Source: Candidatus Thorarchaeota archaeon
GTDB taxonomy: Archaea > Asgardarchaeota > Thorarchaeia > Thorarchaeales > Thorarchaeaceae
Direction: 5' to 3'
Length of the DNA stretch: 64,000 nucleotides
Assembly: GCA_016933575.1 (NCBI GenBank)
Contig: JAFGAR010000040.1
Span: forward strand, 1-64,000
In this document: one piece after another, positions 36,589 to 44,711 of the stretch
Layout of the letters: each line of letters starts with the position of its first letter
How positions within the stretch are numbered: the first letter of the stretch is position 1
Notes under the pieces: model-generated
What the model saw: only the letters and a program-made list of their open reading frames with translations
What the model was told of the DNA's origin: nothing
The model's database searches: none
Position numbers and translations under genes: made by a program

Positions 36589-37757
36589 TACACCTTCTTT
36601 GATTTGTAAATCGGGGACAAGTTTCGAAGACGTGTCACAATCTCTGGTACAGCCTCCAAGACAGTATCTATGTCCTCATCGGTATTGAATCGCCCAGTTG
36701 TAATTTGCAGAGAACCATGTGCTTCCTCATGAAGTAGACCCGTAGCAATGAGGGTATGCGATGGCTCTAGCGTCTTTGATGTACATGCAGATCCTGTGGA
36801 AATCGCAATTCCTTTGTCTTTAAAGGATAAGAGTATTGATTCACCTTCAATACCATCGAATCTGACATGTGTGTTACTCGGGAGTCGTTCAGTAGGATGT
36901 CCATTGAGATAGCTATCAGGTACTTCTTCCAGAATGTGTTTTATCATCCTGTTTCGGTACCCAGTGAATCGTTTAATCTCTCCAAGCATTTCTTGCTGCA
37001 TAATTTCCGCAGCCACCTTCATTCCAACTATTCCCGGAACATCTTCACTTCCAGACCGTAATCCTCTCTCTTGGCCTCCACCAATAATAAGGGGATTGAC
37101 TCTGTACTTCTTCCTCATGTAGAAGACGCCAACACCTTTTGGACCGTATATATCATTTGATGATAGTGCCATTAGATGTACACCATCTCTCTTGACATCG
37201 ATAGGCATCAGACCTTCTGCTGCGACTGCGTCTGAGTGAAAAGCAATATCTCTCTCTTCTGCAAGCTTTCCAATCTCTCTAATTGGTTGGATTGTACCAA
37301 TCTCATTGCTAGCATAACCCACTGAGATGAGAATGGTCTTGTCAGTGATTCTCTGTTCCAATTTTCTCAGACTCACACGACCATATTGATCCACTGGAAT
37401 CCTAGAAACCTCAAACCCTAGTCTTTCGAGATGCTTTGCAATGTTATGAATCGAGATGTGTTCAACCTCTGAAATGATGATATGATTCCCTTTGTTCTTG
37501 TTCCTCATGGCATACCCGACTATACCCATGTTGATTGCTTCAGTCGCACCTGATGTGAAGAAAATCTCGTCTTCATCTGCGTTTATGAATTCGGCAATAA
37601 CTTTTCTACTCTCTTCTAGAGCTTCGGTCCCCTCATCGCCAATAGAGTGTAAAGCTGATGGATTCCCATATTTTTCTCGAAAGAAAGGCATCATTCCATC
37701 TATGACTCGTTGGTCCACTGGTTTTGCACTTTGATAATCAAGATAGACCTGTTTCAT
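36588..37757 (-). CDS. iscS: Cysteine desulfurase IscS/NifS family
   Basis: YGNPS, FTSGATE, NEIGTIQ, GGGQERGLRSG, STGSACTS; PLP-lysine motif reads SSNDIYGPKG. Confidence 0.88.
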   Translation of the reverse strand: MKQVYLDYQSAKPVDQRVIDGMMPFFREKYGNPSALHSIGDEGTEALEESRKVIAEFINADEDEIFFTSGATEAINMGIVGYAMRNKNKGNHIIISEVEHISIHNIAKHLERLGFEVSRIPVDQYGRVSLRKLEQRITDKTILISVGYASNEIGTIQPIREIGKLAEERDIAFHSDAVAAEGLMPIDVKRDGVHLMALSSNDIYGPKGVGVFYMRKKYRVNPLIIGGGQERGLRSGSEDVPGIVGMKVAAEIMQQEMLGEIKRFTGYRNRMIKHILEEVPDSYLNGHPTERLPSNTHVRFDGIEGESILLSFKDKGIAISTGSACTSKTLEPSHTLIATGLLHEEAHGSLQITTGRFNTDEDIDTVLEAVPEIVTRLRNLSPIYKSKKV

Positions 37758-37797
37758 GAGATTCTAGCCTCTAATACGTACGATTTACTAGTCTTAG

Positions 37798-38052
37798 TTA
37801 CCCTTCCTTTCGTTGCAGTAGAATCCGTTGGATTCCATCTGGAAGTCTTTTGACACTGATTAGTACATGTCCTGTTCTTCTAGCAAATCGTTTGATATCC
37901 TCTTCTGCAGCAGGATCATCTGCTAGTATCTCAAGTATCTGACCCGGCTTGAGACTCTCAATGGCTTGCTTGGTCTGGAAAAGCGGTTGTGGACAAAACA
38001 ACCCCACACAGTCCAGACATTCGTCTGGTTTTACTTCTGTCACGGATAACAC
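37798..38052 (-). CDS. tusA: Sulfur carrier TusA/SirA
   Basis: LDCVGLFCPQP, ADDPAAEEDI. Confidence 0.9.
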   Translation of the reverse strand: MLSVTEVKPDECLDCVGLFCPQPLFQTKQAIESLKPGQILEILADDPAAEEDIKRFARRTGHVLISVKRLPDGIQRILLQRKEG

Positions 38053-38184
38053 CTAGCTACTAATAAACTATTGTTAATTTTTCCTTATAACTTTATTCAT
38101 TCATATCTGATTGAAGTGTGCATTTGAGCTTCTTTTTATTGAGGTTCTCCATCTCGAAACAAAACCCCAAAGAGCTGATGAATA

Positions 38185-39294
38185 ATGGTCACAAAGAGCA
38201 GGGCTGCTGTAATACCTAAACCAAATGCTCCTCTAATCATTCAAGAGTTCGAAATTCCAGAGTTAACTCCTGGAGCAGCTCTCTTGAAAGTAGCAAATGC
38301 TGGTGTATGTGGAACTGATGTTCACTTATGGCACGGAAAATTAGCAGGTGTGCCATATCCACTTATTCCCGGTCATGAAGTTGTAGGTACGATAGAAGCT
38401 ATCGGTCCTAGACCTGTAAAAGATCTTGATGGAAATGTGCTGAAGCCTGGTGATAGAGTCACATTCCATGATGTCTACAATACTTGCTACAGATGTTGGA
38501 ATTGCTTGATTGCAAAAGCTCCAACAAAGTGCACGAACAGAACAGTATACGGTATTACGATGGACTCACAGAAACACCCACATCTCATTGGTGGCTATAG
38601 CGAGTACGTCTATCTCTCTCCAGGTACGCATATCATCAAGATTCCAGAACATGTTAGCTTTGATGGTGCAAGTGCTGTAGGGTGTGCCATGCCAACTGCA
38701 GTGCATACAGTCCTACGAAGTCCTCTAACGTGGGGTGCGAATGTAGCTGTTCAAGGAGCTGGACCTGTGGGACTGATGATTGCTGTACTTGCGATAATCA
38801 ACGGTGCTGCAACAGTTACAATGTTGGACCAAGCTAAGAATCGTCTGGAACTTGCCAAGAAATTTGGTGTGACACACACTTTGAATATCGCAGAAACCTC
38901 TTTAGAAGATCGAAAGCAGAAGTTAATGGATATCTCTGGCGGTCATGGTCCTGACATAGTCTACGAAGCCACAGGTAATGCTCGTGCCATTCCTGAAGGT
39001 ATTGAGTTGGTCCGAGAGGGTGGTAGTTACACGATATGCGGGCAGTACACTGATAGTGGAACAATTGAGATCAATCCTCATTTGATGAATAGGAAGCATC
39101 TGGACATAAAGACAGTTTGGGGATCTGAAACACTCCATGTCTATAAAGGCGTAAAGACAATCGCAGACAACTATCATCGATTCCCCTTTGATGATCTTGT
39201 TACGCACAAGTTCAGCCTTGATGACGCACAGAAAGCCCTTGATGCTCAAGAGTCCCATGTTTCATTGAAGGCTGTAATCCAACCAAATGCTTAG
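38185..39294 (+). CDS. Zinc-dependent medium-chain alcohol dehydrogenase
   Basis: CGTD, GHE, CxxCxxC...C, GAGPVG. Confidence 0.92.
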   Translation: MVTKSRAAVIPKPNAPLIIQEFEIPELTPGAALLKVANAGVCGTDVHLWHGKLAGVPYPLIPGHEVVGTIEAIGPRPVKDLDGNVLKPGDRVTFHDVYNTCYRCWNCLIAKAPTKCTNRTVYGITMDSQKHPHLIGGYSEYVYLSPGTHIIKIPEHVSFDGASAVGCAMPTAVHTVLRSPLTWGANVAVQGAGPVGLMIAVLAIINGAATVTMLDQAKNRLELAKKFGVTHTLNIAETSLEDRKQKLMDISGGHGPDIVYEATGNARAIPEGIELVREGGSYTICGQYTDSGTIEINPHLMNRKHLDIKTVWGSETLHVYKGVKTIADNYHRFPFDDLVTHKFSLDDAQKALDAQESHVSLKAVIQPNA

Positions 39295-39313
39295 ATTACT
39301 TGGAGGTCTCATA

Positions 39314-40498
39314 ATGCGAAGTAACCTTGAGAAATCTAAATGTGAACAAGCGTGTGATATCCTAAACGAGTTAGGCTTAGACTCATGGTTAGTCTGGGTT
39401 CGAGAAACCTCGCAGATGGTTGATCCTGTATTGCCGCTCATCTTGAGCGGCGATGTGGTCTGGCAGTCAGCCCTCCTCTTCACCAGGAATGGAGAAAAAC
39501 TTGCGATAGTTGGTAATTTTGATGCTGGTGGTATTGAGGTCAAGAACATCTATGATCGTGTTATCCCTTATACACAAGGAATAAAGGAACATCTTCTAGC
39601 TGAACTGAATCGTATCGACCCAACAAAGATTGGGATTAATTTTAGCACAGATGATGTGGCTGCAGATGGAATGACTCTTGGGATGCATATACTCTTGAAG
39701 AGCTATCTTGAAGGGACTCCTTATGGAAACCGTCTTGTTTCTGCTGAAGGTCTTGTCCAACGATTACGTGGTCGAAAAACACCAGAAGAAATCAATCTCG
39801 TGCAAAAAGCTGTTGATATCACTGAAGAAATATTTCGAAAAGCAGAGCACTTTGTAAAGCCCAACCAAACAGAAATTGAGATCTACAAGTTGTTTCATAA
39901 TGAAATGAATAACTATGGCGTGACTAATGCTTGGAATGAAGATCATAATCCAGCTGTGGATGCTGGTCCAAACAAGGAATTCGGTCATGCTGGTCCTACA
40001 GACAATAAGACAAAAGACTCTCAGCTTTTGCACTTTGATTTTGGAGTTCGTTACAAGAACTATTGTTCAGATATCCAGAGGATGTTCTTTTTCGGTCATG
40101 AGAGAGATATACCTTCTGAGATACAGGATGCTTTTGAAGCAGTTCGTGATGCAATCCAAGCAGCGTCAGAGTATATCAAACCAGGTCGTCTAGGTTATGA
40201 GGTTGATGCAATCGCTCGGGATTATGTCAAAGATGCTGGATATGAAGAGTATCAACATGCATTAGGTCACCAGATTGGAAGACATGCTCATGATGGTGGC
40301 GTTCTACTTGGACCTAAATGGGAACGATATGGTGACTCAATTCTAGGTTCTGTTGAACCTGGAAATCTCTTCACATTGGAACTATATGTCACTACAAAGA
40401 ACTATGGCCAAGTGAGTCTAGAAGAGGACATTGTAATCACGGAAAATGGGTGCAGATTTCTTTCTCACCCACAGAAGAAACTGATATGCATTGTATGA
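39314..40498 (+). CDS. M24 family Xaa-Pro peptidase
   Basis: DFG...YCSD, HALGHQIG..AHD, TLE, LEED. Confidence 0.9.
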   Translation: MRSNLEKSKCEQACDILNELGLDSWLVWVRETSQMVDPVLPLILSGDVVWQSALLFTRNGEKLAIVGNFDAGGIEVKNIYDRVIPYTQGIKEHLLAELNRIDPTKIGINFSTDDVAADGMTLGMHILLKSYLEGTPYGNRLVSAEGLVQRLRGRKTPEEINLVQKAVDITEEIFRKAEHFVKPNQTEIEIYKLFHNEMNNYGVTNAWNEDHNPAVDAGPNKEFGHAGPTDNKTKDSQLLHFDFGVRYKNYCSDIQRMFFFGHERDIPSEIQDAFEAVRDAIQAASEYIKPGRLGYEVDAIARDYVKDAGYEEYQHALGHQIGRHAHDGGVLLGPKWERYGDSILGSVEPGNLFTLELYVTTKNYGQVSLEEDIVITENGCRFLSHPQKKLICIV

Positions 40499-40502
40499 TT
40501 TT

Positions 40503-41315
40503 CTATAAAACTAGATTCTCATCCATAGCGCCAGTCCGGTATCCCCGAAGATCAAGTGTAACATAGGTGAAACCTACCTTTCTTGCAATCTGCTCTATTT
40601 GATTCAATTTTGTGATATCAAACATAAGATTCAATTCGTCTTCACCCACTTCAATACGAACAAGGTTTCCATGATATCTCGCTCGGACACATCTGACACC
40701 AAAAATATCAACAACTGCTTGTTCTACAGTGTCTACCATTCTCAACCGATCTAGGTCTATCTTAGTTCCGTAAGGAAATCTAGTTGCGAGACAAGCCATT
40801 GATGGTTTATCTGCAACAGATAGACCTCTCTCCCGTGCATATTCTCTTATTTCCTCTTTAGTAATCGCCGCATTAAGAAATGGTGATTGAACTCCTGACT
40901 CCTCAAGTGCTTTTAATCCCGGTCGATACCCCTCTGTTTCACTTGAGGTGGTTCCTTCAACAACGATGTCTAAACCCATACTCCTCGCAGTTTCTATCCA
41001 CATGCTGGCAAGTATCTGCTTACACGAATAGCATCTGTCTGCCCTATTTGCAGCTAGTCCTTCATATGATAACCAGTCTAAATCCTTCATTATAAGGTCT
41101 AGTCCAAGTCTCTCAGCAATTGATATAGCACTGGCTACTTCTCTCTCTGGAACAGTAGCACTTGTAATTGTCAATAGAGTAGTCCTAGCAGCAGTTTCAC
41201 TCACAACACTTGCGAGAACTGTACTGTCGACTCCTCCACTAAATGCGACTAAAACATTCTTTCCAGATAGTTTCTCTCTAATTGCGTCGAATTTATTCCT
41301 TGTCCGATCTTTCAT
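40503..41315 (-). CDS. larE: Nickel-pincer cofactor sulfur transferase LarE
   Basis: PP-loop AFSGGVDS, RCYSCK, RPG, CLATRFPYG, TLDLRGYRTG. Confidence 0.92.
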   Translation of the reverse strand: MKDRTRNKFDAIREKLSGKNVLVAFSGGVDSTVLASVVSETAARTTLLTITSATVPEREVASAISIAERLGLDLIMKDLDWLSYEGLAANRADRCYSCKQILASMWIETARSMGLDIVVEGTTSSETEGYRPGLKALEESGVQSPFLNAAITKEEIREYARERGLSVADKPSMACLATRFPYGTKIDLDRLRMVDTVEQAVVDIFGVRCVRARYHGNLVRIEVGEDELNLMFDITKLNQIEQIARKVGFTYVTLDLRGYRTGAMDENLVL

Positions 41316-41366
41316 TGGTAGAATTTGTGACCTTATCCTTTAGTCTTAAGCTTTCAGAAGAGGTCC

Positions 41367-43208
41367 TTAGCTTGACATATAGGGATCCTCATCGATGTCA
41401 ATGTCTGCATATCCTGCATCTCTAAGAAGATTTTCAATTGGTTCCGCTCCTGTGATCCAAGAGATTTTCCATGTGTTATCTTCCTGCAGTCGTAATTCCA
41501 CATCCGGCAGGTCTCCAAGTAAATTATGGTCCATCTCAATAGCATCTTGATAGGCACCAACGAGTGGGAGAATAAAATAAGAACTTGGAATATTTTCTAA
41601 CACTCCAATTGGTATTCCCTCTCCCATCTTTCCTCCCGGCATTGTAAGGGGTCTATTATCCTCGGAGAACCATATTTTTTCCGTATTTTGCATATAGAAG
41701 TTTGAGATTTCACCATCAGAATCACAAGTGATATCGACCAGTCTTACCGTTGTCTGAGGATGTTTCTGCAAATCTCTTGTTGGGATGACAGGGAAATGTT
41801 GCTGAACTAGTACATAATCTGCAATGCTGTTGAATACACTAAAGTTCCCAATAACAATGTGCTCAGGATACCAGAAACTTCGGGCCAGTCGATCAGAATG
41901 ATATGAATCAAGTTTCATCTCTCTCAATCGTGATCTGACCGTTCTCTCAAGATTACCAATCACCATCTCTTTCTCGAAGATAAAACCAAGCCCTGCAAGT
42001 GTCATACCACCAAAGTACTCATGGAAGTCGTTCCAGATATCAACCATATGATCCAAGGAAGTGGCTTTATCGATCCTGTCCAAATACTCTCGTTCTTTTT
42101 CTAGGGTACTCTCGGTTTCATATCTCCCGCTTCCTGTCGGAAATACTGATCTGACTTCAAGTGCTTGAACCACGATGAGTGCAGCAAGTGCTGTAACTCC
42201 TCGACCCGACTCAATCATGATGTTCGGCTCTGGTTGTCTATTGTGGTCTTCCTTCAACTGCTCCTTGATACCACTGACAATATTCCTTGCATATTGAAGC
42301 ATCAAATCGGGTGGATATGCACTCTTGTAGTCTATGGCGAGACCTCCGCCAAAATCAATAGCATCAAGTCTAGACAGTCCCATTTCCCGTAGTTCAGAAT
42401 ATATCTTTGTCATGAATCTACCAAATCTGGTAAAGGCCTCAATATTCGTTATTTGAGATCCAGCATGTCCTAGAATTGTCCGAACAGAACCAGCGAATCC
42501 AGTCTGTTTAAGCAAATCAACTACATTGTACAGGTCATGGATGCTTAATCCAAATTTAGAATCACGGCCTGTTGAATGTGACCAATGGCCTTCAACACTG
42601 AGGTATGGTTTGATTCGAAGAACAAGGTTCGTATTCTCGGCTTTGAAATACTTCGTTACTAATTGAGCTTCATGTATTGACTCGATAGAAATAGCTATGT
42701 CATAACCATCATCAAGACATTCTTGAATCAGTCTAAGATATTCAGGATCTTTAGCACCATTACAGATGATATGTCGATGCTTCTCATGCTTTGTGACTGC
42801 CTTGATAAGTTGTAACTCTGCCTTCGTGCCTGCCTCAAGACCATATTCAAAGTCCGACCTAAGAACTGCAGTCACGAAGTCACTTCTTTGATTGACTTTG
42901 ACTGGATAGATACCAATGAATTCACCAGAGTAGGCCAATTCTTTAAAGGCCAAATCAAAGGTGGTTCGTATTTTTTTTATCTGATAGGTAATTAGTTGAG
43001 GGATTCGTAAAGTGAAACTAGAAGTGTAACCTACTTGATTTCCATTCATGGATTTGACCGTATCAATAACATCTTGCAACGTGATTCTTTGATCACCAAG
43101 TTTTATGTATAGGTCTCCATTATCTGTTATATCTAAGAAATGTAGGTCATTTCTATCAATACCAAATACGGTCTTTGATTTATCAACTGACCAAGGGTGC
43201 TCTATCAT
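41367..43208 (-). CDS. speA: Biosynthetic PLP-dependent (fold-type III) arginine decarboxylase
   Basis: YPVKVNQ, GLEAGTKAEL, CNGAKD, SKFGL, DFGGGL, ESGR, DITCDSDG, GAYQ. Confidence 0.9.
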   Translation of the reverse strand: MIEHPWSVDKSKTVFGIDRNDLHFLDITDNGDLYIKLGDQRITLQDVIDTVKSMNGNQVGYTSSFTLRIPQLITYQIKKIRTTFDLAFKELAYSGEFIGIYPVKVNQRSDFVTAVLRSDFEYGLEAGTKAELQLIKAVTKHEKHRHIICNGAKDPEYLRLIQECLDDGYDIAISIESIHEAQLVTKYFKAENTNLVLRIKPYLSVEGHWSHSTGRDSKFGLSIHDLYNVVDLLKQTGFAGSVRTILGHAGSQITNIEAFTRFGRFMTKIYSELREMGLSRLDAIDFGGGLAIDYKSAYPPDLMLQYARNIVSGIKEQLKEDHNRQPEPNIMIESGRGVTALAALIVVQALEVRSVFPTGSGRYETESTLEKEREYLDRIDKATSLDHMVDIWNDFHEYFGGMTLAGLGFIFEKEMVIGNLERTVRSRLREMKLDSYHSDRLARSFWYPEHIVIGNFSVFNSIADYVLVQQHFPVIPTRDLQKHPQTTVRLVDITCDSDGEISNFYMQNTEKIWFSEDNRPLTMPGGKMGEGIPIGVLENIPSSYFILPLVGAYQDAIEMDHNLLGDLPDVELRLQEDNTWKISWITGAEPIENLLRDAGYADIDIDEDPYMSS

Positions 43209-43240
43209 TGTTGTTACTCCTGCAGATTGAGGAGAGGATA

Positions 43241-44695
43241 CTAGACATCCTCATCCTCTTTTATCGAATCTAACATTCCTTGGAATGCTCGAGCTAATTC
43301 ACCAATCTCATCGTCTTTTGAGATATATGATTGGTCAACTTGTAGGTCTTGAGTATCTAAGGGTTGTTCCCTGATTCTTGCTGCAGCATTTCTGGTAGCT
43401 AAATCCATAAGATATTGTAATGGCCGAGTGATTGTGTTAGCAATTGATACTGCGACGATTCCTGCTACAATAATTCCTCCAATCGTTGCAAAGAGGATGA
43501 ATGTTGCAGCTTGAGCATTTGTGTCTGCAATTCTTTGCTCGAGTGGTGGAATTGCTTCTAGAACTTCATCTAGAGGAACTGATATGATGCAGATGTAGTC
43601 TCCTTTTCCTACTGGTGTGTAAACCAGAATTCGCTCAGAACCATCTCTAGTGTATCTGAGAGTTCCTGATGTACCTGGTATTGTTATTGTATCAATCTGC
43701 GCTTGGGTCAATGCAACACTGCTGTCCGAATTGTCTTCAACATCGATTAGATCGGGTAACCCCGAGATGTAGGCATTATCCGGCACTTCAGGATGAGCGA
43801 CTACTCCTCCATTTGCATCAAGTAGGAACGCATAGCCTGTTTCAAGAACACTAACATCGATTACCTTCTCACGAATGTCCTCTATAGTGATGTCACCTGA
43901 GATGACAGCACGTCTCTGACCATTCCAGGACACAGCTTTTCCAATGGATATCAGTAAGACATTGTCGAACTCGTCATAATAAGGCTCAACAAAGACAGTT
44001 TCTCCATTGCCTGCCCAGATATCAAGATACCAGTCTTCGCCTCGTGGATTATAGGGATCTGATCCTCTATCTGCATCAGTACCCGCAAATATACTGCCAG
44101 GATAATTGATGAAGAGACCATCATCTGCAAAGGCTATGTATAACCAGCGAAATTCCAACTGATCATGGATTGCTCTGAAGATGAAGTCCATATTCGATAC
44201 ACGACCCAATTTGTCTGCATTCGTTGTTTCGTATGTTAGATAGTTTGTTGAATCAGTACCCGCAGTATACCAACTACTGTAGGTCCATGATACATTGAGA
44301 CCATAGTTAGCATCATACACATTATCTGCAGGGTCTGGTGCTACTGAATCATTCTCGAACAAGTAGTCATAGTAGACTTCTCTATTTGCATAAGTCGAGC
44401 TTGGATCAAAAAGAGCTTCCAGTTCCTTTGCTGCTGCTTCTATCATACCCTGTGCGCTTGTAAGTTTCTGATTGATGACTTGGGCAGTTTTCTGAGCTGT
44501 TAGATCCATGTTCGTTTGAATCTGAGTTTCTAATGCTAGAGAACTCTCGTCTCTTGTAAAGGTTCCAATGATATCAACAAAGGTTAATGATATGATTCCA
44601 GTTGCTGAGAGCGATACAAACGATATCACCAAGAAGGTGAGAATGACGTTTGTTCGAAATTTTCCCTTTTTCTTTGTTTGAGTTGTTTGTGCCAT
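43241..44695 (-). CDS. Two-TM dCache-HAMP membrane sensor without an output domain
   Basis: TM1; dCache (YNPRGEDWY..EPYYD..SGDI, GYAFLLD.NGGVVAHP); TM2; HAMP (ITRPL..DEIGELARAF) ending at the C-terminus. Confidence 0.85.
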   Translation of the reverse strand: MAQTTQTKKKGKFRTNVILTFLVISFVSLSATGIISLTFVDIIGTFTRDESSLALETQIQTNMDLTAQKTAQVINQKLTSAQGMIEAAAKELEALFDPSSTYANREVYYDYLFENDSVAPDPADNVYDANYGLNVSWTYSSWYTAGTDSTNYLTYETTNADKLGRVSNMDFIFRAIHDQLEFRWLYIAFADDGLFINYPGSIFAGTDADRGSDPYNPRGEDWYLDIWAGNGETVFVEPYYDEFDNVLLISIGKAVSWNGQRRAVISGDITIEDIREKVIDVSVLETGYAFLLDANGGVVAHPEVPDNAYISGLPDLIDVEDNSDSSVALTQAQIDTITIPGTSGTLRYTRDGSERILVYTPVGKGDYICIISVPLDEVLEAIPPLEQRIADTNAQAATFILFATIGGIIVAGIVAVSIANTITRPLQYLMDLATRNAAARIREQPLDTQDLQVDQSYISKDDEIGELARAFQGMLDSIKEDEDV

Positions 44696-44711
44696 GTTCT
44701 CCTTCACCTCC

